Notes: generated by a model from the letters alone, not told the origin. A stretch of 64,000 nt of DNA from an uncultured Acidobacteriota bacterium (GCA_963836075.1 CAWIIB010000009.1:1888001-1952000), one strand, 5' to 3'; shown: positions 9,581 to 19,201, counted from the stretch's first letter. Translations and numbers: made by a program.

Positions 9581-10957
9581 ATGACCAGTGAGCAGACCCC
9601 GTCCTTCGAAATATCGTCTCCCGATTTGCTGGAGGCGGTTCTCTCGAGCCTCAACGATGGAGTGTTCTGTGTCGACCAGAACTGGAAGGTCATTTTATTC
9701 AATCAAGCCGCCCAGATGATCACCGGGATTTCCAGGGAGCAAGCCATCGGAAAGCAGTGCTGTGAGGTCCTGCGCAGCAACATCTGCGAGAATGCCTGCG
9801 CGCTCCGCTATACCATGGAAACCGGCAGACCTGTTGTCAACCTTGCCATCACCATTACCAATACCGAGGAAGCGAAAATCCCGATCAGCATTTCAACGAG
9901 CCTGCTGAAGAACAGCAGGGGTGAGGTCGTCGGTGGGGTGGAAACATTTCGTGACCTTCGCCTGGTGGAGCAACTGAGAAGGGAACTCGAGGCTCGTCAC
10001 ACATTTCAGGATATCATCAGCAAAAGCCCAAAGATGCGGCACCTGTTCGACATGATTCCCGTCGTTGCCGATAGTGACAGCACTGTATTGATCACTGGAG
10101 AAAGTGGAACCGGCAAAGGTCTGGTGGCAAAAGCTATTCACTTTACAAGCCCTAGACAGGACGGGCCTCTCATCACCGTCAATTGCTCTGCCATGCCCGA
10201 AACGCTCCTGGAATCGGAACTGTTTGGCTACAAGAAGGGCGCTTTCACCGATGCCCGACGGGACAAGCCGGGCAGATTTGCCGCTGCCGAGGGCGGAACT
10301 CTTTTTCTCGATGAAATCGGCGATATCCCGCCGTCGATTCAGATGAAATTGCTGAGAGTCATCCAGGAAAAGGTTTACGAACCGCTGGGGGGAACAAAGA
10401 GCGTGAGCGCCGATGTTCGCATCCTGTCAGCAACGAACAAAAATCTCGAGCAGTTGGTGAAGGAAGAGCGATTCAGGATGGATCTCTACTATCGAATTAA
10501 CGTGATCCGCCTGGAGTTGCCGCCTCTTTCGGAGCGGAGTGAGGACGTGCCCTTGCTGGTGAACCATTTCATCGCGCGCTTCTCCTCAATCAAGGGGAAG
10601 GATATCGAAGGCATTGTGCCGGACGCGATGAATATCCTTATGCGACATGAATACCCGGGGAATGTGAGGGAACTGGAAAACATCGTCGAACATGCATTCG
10701 TGTTGTGCCCGGGCGGGATGATCCGGACCAACCATCTGCCGGAATATCTCCAGCCCAAAATCGTCCCCCCCGAAAGTGGCGCCCTTCAATTGCTGCAGCA
10801 GTATGAGAAGGAACTGATCCTGGAAGTGTTGCGAAGAAATCACTGGAACAGGGATCGAGCCGCCAGGGAGCTGGGAATCCACAAAACCACGCTGTTCAGA
10901 AAGATTCAGAAGTTGGGTCTCCAATTGCCGAAACAGGACGGAAGATCGAAAAAATAG
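9581..10957 (+). CDS. sigma54-dependent enhancer-binding protein with PAS domain
   Basis: PAS domain, GESGTGK Walker A, GAFTDA, LDEIGD, YPGNVREL, C-terminal Fis HTH. Confidence 0.95.
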   Translation: MTSEQTPSFEISSPDLLEAVLSSLNDGVFCVDQNWKVILFNQAAQMITGISREQAIGKQCCEVLRSNICENACALRYTMETGRPVVNLAITITNTEEAKIPISISTSLLKNSRGEVVGGVETFRDLRLVEQLRRELEARHTFQDIISKSPKMRHLFDMIPVVADSDSTVLITGESGTGKGLVAKAIHFTSPRQDGPLITVNCSAMPETLLESELFGYKKGAFTDARRDKPGRFAAAEGGTLFLDEIGDIPPSIQMKLLRVIQEKVYEPLGGTKSVSADVRILSATNKNLEQLVKEERFRMDLYYRINVIRLELPPLSERSEDVPLLVNHFIARFSSIKGKDIEGIVPDAMNILMRHEYPGNVRELENIVEHAFVLCPGGMIRTNHLPEYLQPKIVPPESGALQLLQQYEKELILEVLRRNHWNRDRAARELGIHKTTLFRKIQKLGLQLPKQDGRSKK

Positions 10958-10967
10958 CGTTTTGGCT

Positions 10968-11013
10968 CTATTGCTATTCCAAATCGCAATAGCCCAAGTC
11001 GCAATAGCGCTAC
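10968..11013. promoter_or_regulatory. Putative UAS (repeated TCGCAATAGC; GTCGCAATAGCGCTAC)
   Basis: Same motif as 3010-3110 and 9525-9540, ~105 bp upstream of the sigma54 promoter at 11117. Confidence 0.55.
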
Positions 11014-11116
11014 GCTCAGGACCCTTCAGGCCACCGCCATTCGACCCCCACCACTAGTTCCTGCGTATCCAGTTTGATTACAACAAGTACAAATGTTGTC
11101 CGGTCTGTGCTTTTAC

Positions 11117-11132
11117 TGGTACGGTCCTTGCT
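11117..11132 (+). promoter_or_regulatory. sigma54 promoter
   Basis: TGGTACGGTCCTTGCT. Confidence 0.75.
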
Positions 11133-11228
11133 TTACTAGTTGGATACCACCTTGGTAGACCCCATGGGACGAGAGATTGATGGTGTGCCCCTCGTCTTTC
11201 GGGCGCAAGGGGTAGATTGGAGGTTGTC

Positions 11229-11585
11229 ATGAGGTACGAAGCCAGCAAACTCCAGGGGGTAGTTGTCTTCAAGCTTTTCGGATACCTCAAGGGTTGCCGG
11301 GACAGTTACCATTTTCTGAACAGGGTCCGGGAACTACTGGAAAACCAGAACCGGGGGAAGGTCGTCATCGATCTGGGATGCTTGGAAAAAATCGACAGTG
11401 CGGGTGTCGGTGTTCTGGCATCCATTGTCACGGCAGCGGAGCTTTCGGGGGCATCCCTTGTCTTTTCAAACATCACCAAGAGAGTCGAGAAACCGATTGT
11501 GATCGCCAGGTTGATGCGTGTGCTCAAAGTGGTGCCGACTCTTGAAGACGCAGTAACGGACCTGGCGGGCCAAGCAGTATTGTAG
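11229..11585 (+). CDS. STAS domain anti-sigma factor antagonist
   Basis: VVIDLGCLEKIDSAGVGVL with conserved phospho-Ser context. GGAGG RBS. Confidence 0.85.
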   Translation: MRYEASKLQGVVVFKLFGYLKGCRDSYHFLNRVRELLENQNRGKVVIDLGCLEKIDSAGVGVLASIVTAAELSGASLVFSNITKRVEKPIVIARLMRVLKVVPTLEDAVTDLAGQAVL

Positions 11586-11641
11586 TGACCTCCCCCTTTT
11601 CCCGGTGGAGCGTCAATTAACCGAAATAGGAGGAGCCGCAG

Positions 11642-12064
11642 ATGAACACGAATCTCATCAGGATGATAGAAACAAATCGAGATCTGCTCAGAACCAGGGT
11701 GTCAACCCAGGTTCGAATCCCAAGTGCACCTCACTATCAAGATCGGGTAAAGCAGCTCCTCGGAGTCCGGGCCGAAAGGCTCATCCAGGAATACCTGGAA
11801 TCAGTACGCACAGAATCCACGGGATTCATCGACTATGTGCGCAGTTTGGCGGAAGAGAGGATCCAGGAAGGATTCCGCTTGAGTGAGATCCAGATGGCCC
11901 TGAATATCTTTGGTGAGGAAATATGGCAGCTCTGCACCGAGTCGGAACCTGACAAGTACAAACAACTGAGGTACCTGAGCCAGATGTTTATCACAATCGG
12001 GGCGGCCAAGGACCAGGTGGCACAAGTGTACCTGCGCCAGAGGGAAGAGGAGTTGTTTAAGTGA
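11642..12064 (+). CDS. RsbRD N-terminal-domain-like helical protein (paralog 1)
   Basis: ERIQEGFRLSEIQMALNIFGEEIW motif. AGGAGG RBS. Confidence 0.7.
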   Translation: MNTNLIRMIETNRDLLRTRVSTQVRIPSAPHYQDRVKQLLGVRAERLIQEYLESVRTESTGFIDYVRSLAEERIQEGFRLSEIQMALNIFGEEIWQLCTESEPDKYKQLRYLSQMFITIGAAKDQVAQVYLRQREEELFK

Positions 12065-12173
12065 AAACAGACGCCAGCCTGACAAATATCAGAACCCGAT
12101 AGAACCTGTAGAGAAACGGCCGCCACCCCAATAGTCGTGTTCAGTTCATGTCACCGGCTCTCCCGGCACCACC

Positions 12174-12188
12174 ATTTCAAAATGAAAT
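12174..12188. promoter_or_regulatory. Putative UAS ATTTCA-N3-TGAAAT
   Basis: Perfect palindrome ~100 bp upstream of a sigma54 promoter. Also at 17514 and 19166. Confidence 0.6.
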
Positions 12189-12287
12189 ACCGCCTCTTTT
12201 ATTTTGCATTTCCCCGAGCTCTCCGCCATGGCCAAACAACCACATAATCACTTGAATATAAAGTCACTTAACCTCTTCCCGATGGGT

Positions 12288-12303
12288 TGGCACTCAAGTT
12301 GCT
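12288..12303 (+). promoter_or_regulatory. sigma54 promoter
   Basis: TGGCACTCAAGTTGCT, full consensus. Confidence 0.8.
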
Positions 12304-12466
12304 TTGCTGTATAGCCGGTGAACGGGCATCGTTTGCAAATGGCTTCGATCCCCTTGCGGAGGTCCGTAAGCCAATATGAAATTCGAGGAATCACAAGTTA
12401 TCGGTGTTGGAGGATCCGTCAATGAACACGAACCGTGATCAAAAGCATTCTGGGGGGCAGAGTCAA

Positions 12467-12848
12467 ATGTTATCCATCAAGAAGATATTGTTCCCTACGG
12501 ACTTTTCCCGTTGCTCTGAACAGGCTTTTTCACATGCACTCTATCTTTCGAAGCGATATGGTGCGGAACTGCACTTACTCCATGCCATCGTGATGTATGA
12601 ACATGATTTTAGAGGATGTCGGTGAGACAAAACGTAAAGAAGTGGTAAGTGTTGTCGACGGCCATGCAGCCAGTGAAATCGTGAAATATGCCAAAGACCA
12701 CGAAATGGACATGATTGTCATTGCCACCCATGGTTTGACCGGGCTTCAACACATGTTGATCGGCAGCGTAACTGAAAAGGTGGTTCGTATGGCACATTGT
12801 CCGGTGTTCGTCGTCAAGGCATATGGCAAATCTCTGGTGGGTGACTGA
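12467..12848 (+). pseudogene. Universal stress protein, frameshifted or internally deleted
   Basis: N-part KKILFPTDFS...LHLLHAI and C-part DMIVIATHGLTG...GSVTEKVVRMAHCPV lie in different frames, switching near 12600-12625. Confidence 0.8.
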
Positions 12849-12912
12849 TAAACGGGGAGCGGGATCTCATCAAGCGTTTCGACAACGGATTACAGATGTG
12901 GAGAATCAGAGG

Positions 12913-13248
12913 ATGAACACCCAATTTTATTCGCTCTTGAAAGAAGAACAAGATGATTTGGTATTGGAAGCAGTCAATCGGCTCAAAACCTCGACAGCCA
13001 CTCACTATAGCCACGCTGACGTCAATAATCTTCGTTCGAGGTTTAATAAACTGATTCAAGAATTTATTCTGTCCGCAATGGGGGAGCAAGAGGGTTTTGC
13101 CGAGTATTTACAAAAGATCAGCAACGACAGAATCAGAGAGGGATACGACTTCAGTGAAGTGCAAGATGCCCTGAACACAATCGAGAGCCTGGTTTGGAGG
13201 CTTTGCAGGGAATCCCGCAGGGAATCAGCACCCGCTTTTCACTCCTGA
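12913..13248 (+). pseudogene. RsbRD-N-like protein (paralog 2), C-terminally truncated
   Basis: TATHY and DRIREGYDFSEVQDALNTIESLVWRLC. Homology ends near 13214, so the last helix found in the paralogs is missing. Confidence 0.65.
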
Positions 13249-13348
13249 TCAGGAGGACGCTCTTTTCCGGATAGTGCCTCTTGCTAGTCAGTGCCGCGGT
13301 CAACCCTGCGGCACTGCCCCCGGCTACTACAACGTCATATGTGTCCAT
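13205..13348 (-). pseudogene. FAD-dependent pyridine nucleotide-disulfide oxidoreductase (NADH oxidase-like), N-terminal remnant
   Basis: MDTYDVVVAGGSAAGLTAA...LIPCGIP (FAD motif and redox Cys) after a GGAGG RBS, truncated after ~47 codons. Confidence 0.8.
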
Positions 13349-13362
13349 TGTTCTTCCTCCCT

Positions 13363-14484
13363 TCACCCGATGAGCGAAAGCAGTACACCTGCCGCCACGG
13401 CGGTGCCGATCACCCCGGCCACATTGGGGCCCATGGCGTGCATCAAGAGGTAGTTGTCCGGGTCTTCCTCGCTGGCCACGTTGTGTACCACTCTGGCGGC
13501 CATGGGAACCGCCGAAACCCCGGCGGCCCCGATCAGGGGGTTGACCGGGCTTCCGGGCAGCCGCGACATCAGCTTGCCCAGCAGCAGCCCGCCGGCGGTG
13601 GAGATGGCGAAGGCCGCGCAGCCGAGGACCAGAATTTTCAGCGTCTGCGGCTGGAGGAACTGTTCGCCGTTCATAGTCACGCCGACGCAGAGTCCCAGGA
13701 GGATGGTCACCAGGTTGATCAGCTCGTTCTGAGCTGAGCGGGTCAGCCGCTCGGTCACCCCGCATTCACGCAGCAGGTTGCCAAACATCAGCAGACCCAC
13801 CAGGGTGATGGAAGCGGGCACCAGCAGGGCGCAGATGATGGTGACCGTCACCGGGAAAACGATCCGCAGCCAGCGCGGCACGTTGACGTTGTTCTCCATC
13901 CGGATCGCCCGCTCCTTCCGCGTGGTCAGCAGGCGCATGATCGGCGGCTGGATAATCGGCACCAGCGCCATGTAAGAATAGGCCGATACCGCGATGACCC
14001 CCAGCAGATGCGGGGCCAGCTTGGCCGAGAGGTAGATCGAAGTGGGGCCGTCAGCGCCGCCGATGATGGCGATGGCAGCTGCTTCCTCGGGGGTGAACCC
14101 AAGAAGCCCGGCGGCAACCAGGGTGATCACCACGCCCAGCTGGGCCGCGGCGCCGAGGAGCAGGGTCTTGGGGTTGGAGAGCAGTGGCCCGAAATCGGTC
14201 AGCGCCCCCAGGCCGAGAAAGATCAGCGGCGGGAAGATCTCCAGCCGCACACCGTGGAACAGGTAGTAAAAGAGACCGCCGATCTCCTCCCCCACCGGGG
14301 CGGCCATCAGCCCGCCCAGGGGCAGGTTGGCCAGGATGGCGCCAAAGCCGATGGGCACCAGCAGGAGGGGCTCGAATCGTTTGTGGATGGCCAGCCAGAG
14401 CAGAACCACCCCCACGCCGATCATTGCCGCTTCACGCCAGACCAGGTGGTAGAGGCCGGTATTGCTGAGCAGTTCGGTCAGCAT
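13363..14484 (-). CDS. mmdB: Na+-translocating decarboxylase beta subunit
   Basis: FEPLLLVPIGFG, AIIGGADGPT, AYSYMALVPIIQPP, GVSAVPMAAR, HAMGPNVAG. Confidence 0.93.
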   Translation of the reverse strand: MLTELLSNTGLYHLVWREAAMIGVGVVLLWLAIHKRFEPLLLVPIGFGAILANLPLGGLMAAPVGEEIGGLFYYLFHGVRLEIFPPLIFLGLGALTDFGPLLSNPKTLLLGAAAQLGVVITLVAAGLLGFTPEEAAAIAIIGGADGPTSIYLSAKLAPHLLGVIAVSAYSYMALVPIIQPPIMRLLTTRKERAIRMENNVNVPRWLRIVFPVTVTIICALLVPASITLVGLLMFGNLLRECGVTERLTRSAQNELINLVTILLGLCVGVTMNGEQFLQPQTLKILVLGCAAFAISTAGGLLLGKLMSRLPGSPVNPLIGAAGVSAVPMAARVVHNVASEEDPDNYLLMHAMGPNVAGVIGTAVAAGVLLSLIG

Positions 14485-14485
14485 G

Positions 14486-14917
14486 TCACACCTGGTTTTC
14501 CTGTGGCTGGTAGCGCACCAGCACGTCGCCAGCCTGCACCGGTTCGCCAACGACCACGCACTGTTCGGCGATTACCCCCTTGCGTGGGGCGTAGATGTAG
14601 GTGTCCATCTTCATCGCGTCCAGCAGCACCAGGGGAGCCCGGTCTTCCACCGTGGCCCCGGCGTCGGCGAAATACTTCTGCACGGTGCCGGCAATGGGGG
14701 CTTTCACTGCGTCGGGGTCGGCGGCGGCAGCGCCGCTCGACCTGACCCTGGCCGGCTGTGGCGCCGCCGCCGTCGCCGGAGGCCGGCCAGCCAGCGGGGT
14801 GCCGGTGCGGGAGAAGGAGTTCATCCCGGCCCCCGGGACGTGCCGCTCATCGTCCTCCAGCACCTCCACCTCAACGTCATATCGATTTCCGTTGACCGTA
14901 ATACGGAGCTTCTTCAT
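14486..14917 (-). CDS. mmdC: Biotin carboxyl carrier subunit of decarboxylase
   Basis: ITVNGNRYDVEVE N-terminus, Ala/Pro linker, DAMKM biotinylation motif. Confidence 0.88.
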   Translation of the reverse strand: MKKLRITVNGNRYDVEVEVLEDDERHVPGAGMNSFSRTGTPLAGRPPATAAAPQPARVRSSGAAAADPDAVKAPIAGTVQKYFADAGATVEDRAPLVLLDAMKMDTYIYAPRKGVIAEQCVVVGEPVQAGDVLVRYQPQENQV

Positions 14918-15231
14918 CGTTTGGGTTCCACCCTGTGTGAATGCATGATGTCCACCCGGCCGGCGCGGGACCAGAGTTCGTCCTCGGTGTCATGGTGCAG
15001 GTGAATCCGGCGAACGCGCGCCCTGGGCCCCAGCACGGTGTGCGCCGCTGCCGCCAGCACAACGGCGAGTTCCTCATCGGGACCATCGCCTGCCGTTTTC
15101 CCGGCCGGAACCCGCCGTCCTTCAACGGCCAGCGCCAGAGCTCTGAGGCCATAGAGCACCAGGCTGATCAGGGCCAGCGAGGTGGACACCATCAGAAAGG
15201 TCATCAGCGCACTGTTGAGAAAGATGTTCAT
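14914..15231 (-). CDS. mmdD: Decarboxylase delta subunit (OadG-like membrane anchor)
   Basis: N-terminal TM helix, EELAVVLAAAA, WSRAGR. Operon position fits. Confidence 0.75.
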   Translation of the reverse strand: MNIFLNSALMTFLMVSTSLALISLVLYGLRALALAVEGRRVPAGKTAGDGPDEELAVVLAAAAHTVLGPRARVRRIHLHHDTEDELWSRAGRVDIMHSHRVEPKR

Positions 15232-15235
15232 GGTT

Positions 15236-16777
15236 TCACAGCGCCATGTTTCCGTGTTTTTTCTCCGGCCGGTGGTCCCGCTTCATCCGCCAGGTGCCCA
15301 GGGCCTCGATCAGCAGGCGCCTGGTCCAGGAGGGCCGGACCACGTCGTCGATGTGCAGCATCTCGGCCGCCTTGTAGGGGTTGGCGTGAACCCGCCGGTA
15401 CTCGGCGGCCTTTTCGCGAAGCAGCGCCTGGGGAGTGTCAGCCTGCTCCAGTTCCTTGCGGTGCAGAATCCTCGCCGCCCCCTCCGGCCCCATGACCGCC
15501 AGTTCCGCCGTTGGCCAGGCCAGCACATAGTCGGCGCCCATGTCGCGGGAACACATGGCGAGGTAAGCGCCACCGTAGGCCTTGCGCATGATCACCGTCA
15601 TCTTCGGGACGGTGGAGGCAGAGTAGGTGAAGAGCATCTTCGCACCGTGGCGGATGATGCCGCCCTGCTCCTGGGCCACGCCGGGGAGAAACCCGGGTAC
15701 GTCCACCAGGGTGACCAGGGGGATGTTGAACACGTTGCAGGTGCGGATGAAGCGGGACGCCTTGTCCGAAGCGTCGATGTCGAGGGCGCCGGCCAGGCTG
15801 CAGGGCTGGTTGGCCACGATCCCCACCACCATCCCCCCCATCCGGGCCAGGCCGATGACGATGTTCGGCGCGAAGGCCTCCTGGATCTCGAGAAAGTCGG
15901 CCCCGTCCACCAGCTTGGAGATCACCTCCCTGACGTCGTAGGCCTGGCGCGGGTCATCGGGGATCAGCCGGTCCAGTTCCTCATCATCTGTGACCTGGTC
16001 CTCGAAGGGCCGAGGCGGGGCGGATTCCAGGTTGTTCAGCGGCAGGAAGGAGAGGAGCCGCCGGGCGATCCTCAGCGCATCCTCGTCGTCAGAGGCAACG
16101 AAGTGGATATTCCCCGAGATGGCGGCGTGGGCCCGGGCCCCGCCCAGTTCTTCCTCGCCGATCACCTCCCCGGTGGCCGCCTTGATCACCTGCGGCCCGG
16201 TGATGAACATCCGGGCGGTGCCATCGACCATGATGATGAAGTCGGTCATCGCCGGCGAGTAAGCAGCGCCGCCAGCGCAGGGCCCGGCGATCACCGAGAT
16301 CTGCGGCACCACACCGGAGAGCAGGGTGTTGTGGTAGAAGATCTTCCCGTAGCCGGAGAGACCTTCCACCCCCTCCTGGATGCGGGCGCCGCCCGAGTCG
16401 TTGATGCCCAGAACCGGGACGCCGCACTTCAGCGCCTGCTGCATGATGTCCACGATCTTGGCCGCATGTCGTTCACCAACGGCGCCGCCGCCCACGGTGA
16501 AGTCCTGGGAGAAGGCGAAGACCGGGCGGTTGTCCACCTCGCCCTTGCCGGTGACCACCCCGTCGGCGGGCAGGTCTTTCCCGGCCAGGTCGGGGTGGCG
16601 ATGGCGGGCCCAGAGCCCCAGCTCGAGAAAGCTGTCCGGGTCAAAGAGCAGGTCCAGCCGTTCGCGAGCGCCGAGCTTTCCCGCCTGGTGCTGTTTCTCC
16701 AGCCGGTCCGCCCCGCCGCCGGCCTCGATGGCGGAACGCTTCCGGTCAAGATCTTCAAATCGATTCTGTTCATTCAT
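15236..16777 (-). CDS. mmdA: Acyl-CoA carboxyltransferase (methylmalonyl-CoA decarboxylase alpha-like)
   Basis: QDFTVGGG, DSGGARIQEG, GPCAGGAAYSPA, DVPGFLPG, RKAYGGAY, KKHGN. Confidence 0.9.
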   Translation of the reverse strand: MNEQNRFEDLDRKRSAIEAGGGADRLEKQHQAGKLGARERLDLLFDPDSFLELGLWARHRHPDLAGKDLPADGVVTGKGEVDNRPVFAFSQDFTVGGGAVGERHAAKIVDIMQQALKCGVPVLGINDSGGARIQEGVEGLSGYGKIFYHNTLLSGVVPQISVIAGPCAGGAAYSPAMTDFIIMVDGTARMFITGPQVIKAATGEVIGEEELGGARAHAAISGNIHFVASDDEDALRIARRLLSFLPLNNLESAPPRPFEDQVTDDEELDRLIPDDPRQAYDVREVISKLVDGADFLEIQEAFAPNIVIGLARMGGMVVGIVANQPCSLAGALDIDASDKASRFIRTCNVFNIPLVTLVDVPGFLPGVAQEQGGIIRHGAKMLFTYSASTVPKMTVIMRKAYGGAYLAMCSRDMGADYVLAWPTAELAVMGPEGAARILHRKELEQADTPQALLREKAAEYRRVHANPYKAAEMLHIDDVVRPSWTRRLLIEALGTWRMKRDHRPEKKHGNMAL

Positions 16778-16788
16778 TGTTTGTACCG

Positions 16789-17304
16789 TCAGTCCACCGG
16801 AAGGAAGGAGGACTCCGCACCACCCGAGAAATCTTCCAGCTGGTCGAAGAACACCTTGGCGATGGACAGCACGCTGTCCTTCTGTTTGAGATACTCCCGG
16901 GCCAACTGGTCCTTGGCCGTGCCGAAGATGCCGGTCACCAGGCTGAGGTCCTTGAGCAACTGGTCCTTGTCCTCCACCTTGTGGGCGCAAATCTTCCAGG
17001 CATACTCCTCGAAGATATTGAGCGCCATCTGGATCTCATCCAGACCCAACCCTTCGCCGATCCTGGCCTGGGCGATGCCGATGATGTAGTCCACAAAGCA
17101 GCGGGGCGATCCTTCGACGGCCTCGAGGAACTTGTCCACCAGCGTCCCGCACCGTACGCGCAGAGCATCCACGTCCGCATTCCTGTAATGCGTTGCGGTG
17201 GAATTGCGGATCTGGGTCAGCACGGCCTCTCTCAATACATCCCGCTCGGCAGCCATCAGGTCATGGAGCCTTTCGTAAGTTATGTCGTTGATTTCATCGT
17301 TCAT
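16789..17304 (-). CDS. RsbRD-N-like helical protein (paralog 3), first gene of the decarboxylase operon
   Basis: TATHYRNADV, ARIGEGLGLDEIQMALNIFEEYAW, GTAKDQLAREYL. Confidence 0.72.
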   Translation of the reverse strand: MNDEINDITYERLHDLMAAERDVLREAVLTQIRNSTATHYRNADVDALRVRCGTLVDKFLEAVEGSPRCFVDYIIGIAQARIGEGLGLDEIQMALNIFEEYAWKICAHKVEDKDQLLKDLSLVTGIFGTAKDQLAREYLKQKDSVLSIAKVFFDQLEDFSGGAESSFLPVD

Positions 17305-17402
17305 TTTGATCACCCGTTTACGGCTCCGCACCCCGGAGGGGCTGGAACGTCCTGTTATTCGCCGCGGGCGGCATGCCCGGGCCGATCCTCGGCCGCTTTA
17401 AG

Positions 17403-17418
17403 AGCAAGGCCTGTGCCA
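17403..17418 (-). promoter_or_regulatory. sigma54 promoter of the decarboxylase operon
   Basis: TGGCACAGGCCTTGCT on the minus strand. UAS-like GTTTCAAAATGCAAT at 17514-17528. Confidence 0.8.
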
Positions 17419-17542
17419 TCTCACAGCATGCAATACAACCAATTCAATCTATTGCGGTTAAATGGAGAAGTGTGTTCGGACGAGGGAAAGGGCCGACCGG
17501 AATCGGTAGTAGCGTTTCAAAATGCAATGGCCGGGGAGCGCC

Positions 17543-19156
17543 TCAATCTTTCAGCTTGCGCCACAGAGTGGAGGGGCTGATGCCCAGGATGCGGGAGGCG
17601 GCCTGGCGGTTGCCCCCGGTGGATTCCAGAACCGCCCGGATGTAGTCCATCTCCAACGCGGCAAGGGTGCGGGTGGGAGAGAGGGACGGAGTCAGGACAC
17701 CGGCCGCGTGGTGCCGGATCTCCGGCGGCAGTGTATCCAGGCGGACGATCCCGTCGGTGCTCACCACTGCCGCCCGCTCGATGGCGTTCTCCAGTTCGCG
17801 GACATTCCCCGGCCAGGGGTAGCTCAGCAGCACGTCGATGCATGTGGCGTCCAGGTGCAGCTGGGGCAGGTTGAGCCCCTTGGCCAGCCGGGCGGCGATA
17901 TGGCGGGCCAGCGGGAGGATATCCTCCTGCCGCCGGCGCAGGGGCGGCACCTCGATCTCAACCACGCGCAGCCGGTAGAGCAGGTCCTCTCTGAACCGGC
18001 CTTCCCGCACCTCCTCGTCCAGGTGACGGTTGGTGGCGGTGATAATACGAACATCGACCTTCCGCGGGGTGCTCTCTCCCACGCGGAGCACTTCCCGCTC
18101 CTGGAGCACACGAAGGATCTTGACCTGCATGGCCGGGCTCACATCGCCGATCTCATCGAGAAAGACGGTTCCGCCGCCGGCCGCCTCGAAAAGCCCCGCC
18201 CGGTCGCGGATGGCGCCGGTAAACGACCCCGCCTTGTGCCCGAACAGCTCGCTCTCCAGCAGCGTTTCGGGCAATGCACCACAGTTGATTGCCACGAACG
18301 GTCCCGACTCACGGTGCGAGGCGTCGTGGATGTGGCGGGCCAGGACCTCCTTGCCCACTCCGGTCTCCCCGGTGACCATCACCGACGAGTCGAACTTGGC
18401 CACCCGCTCGGCCATTTCCATGACCCGCAGCAAGACCTGGCTCTTCGCCTCGGCCAGGAAGGGGCTGCCCTTCTTTCTCAGCGATTCCAGACGGTCACGA
18501 TGCCGGGCCAGCTCCCGCGATTTCTTCTTCAGTTCCTGGGTCAGGAGCGCCACTTTCCCCACGATGTCCTCAGCGCTAAAGTAGGGGAGGTACGGCTCGA
18601 TCCGCTCGCCCCAGTTCTCCCGGGTCTTTCCCATCGCGCAGCAGGACAACCCGCCGGACACCTGGCACCCTGTCTCGAGGAAGTAGACGTTGGTGTTGAG
18701 GCAGAAGGAAACATAGCCGCTCATATAGCCCACCAGCTTCCAGCATTCGGGGGTCTGGGAAGGACCGAGCACGGTCCGATGCTCCAGCGCCTCCACCGAG
18801 TCCTGCCAGGAAACTTCCATCTCCACCAGCCGGTTCGACTGGTCCAGCTCGAGTTTCAGGACACTGGTTTCAGCGATTCCCTCAATGGACTGCATCCGGC
18901 AACCGGCCTTGAGCAGTTCAGCGATGTCTTTCCACTGAAACACTCGCTTCATCGCCGCGGCATCGGCCTGGCCCCAGAAAAAACCGAACCGGGTGAACAC
19001 CCGCCGGGCGTTCTCCGGCCCCAGCATTTTCACCAGATCCTGCCGGAACTGGCCGAAGGCGTCGCTGGAGTGGAGAACCAGGCGTCGTCCATGCAGGCTG
19101 AGGTTGCCACTGGTGAACTGGACCAGTTCGTTGAGTTCAAGATCTTCAGCTTTCAT
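17543..19156 (-). CDS. XylR/DmpR-type sigma54 activator (XylR_N, V4R, AAA+, HTH)
   Basis: LSLHGRRLVLH, V4R Cys residues (ECWKL, ETGC...CC), GETGVGKE, GSFTGA, WPGNVREL, HTH. Confidence 0.93.
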   Translation of the reverse strand: MKAEDLELNELVQFTSGNLSLHGRRLVLHSSDAFGQFRQDLVKMLGPENARRVFTRFGFFWGQADAAAMKRVFQWKDIAELLKAGCRMQSIEGIAETSVLKLELDQSNRLVEMEVSWQDSVEALEHRTVLGPSQTPECWKLVGYMSGYVSFCLNTNVYFLETGCQVSGGLSCCAMGKTRENWGERIEPYLPYFSAEDIVGKVALLTQELKKKSRELARHRDRLESLRKKGSPFLAEAKSQVLLRVMEMAERVAKFDSSVMVTGETGVGKEVLARHIHDASHRESGPFVAINCGALPETLLESELFGHKAGSFTGAIRDRAGLFEAAGGGTVFLDEIGDVSPAMQVKILRVLQEREVLRVGESTPRKVDVRIITATNRHLDEEVREGRFREDLLYRLRVVEIEVPPLRRRQEDILPLARHIAARLAKGLNLPQLHLDATCIDVLLSYPWPGNVRELENAIERAAVVSTDGIVRLDTLPPEIRHHAAGVLTPSLSPTRTLAALEMDYIRAVLESTGGNRQAASRILGISPSTLWRKLKD

Positions 19157-19165
19157 CCCGCCACC

Positions 19166-19201
19166 ATTTCATTTTGAAATTCAGTTGTTTCATTTTACAA
19201 C
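19166..19201. promoter_or_regulatory. Tandem UAS ATTTCATTTTGAAAT / GTTTCATTTTACAAC
   Basis: Immediately upstream of the activator start and ~135-170 bp upstream of the sigma54 promoter at 19336. Confidence 0.6.
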
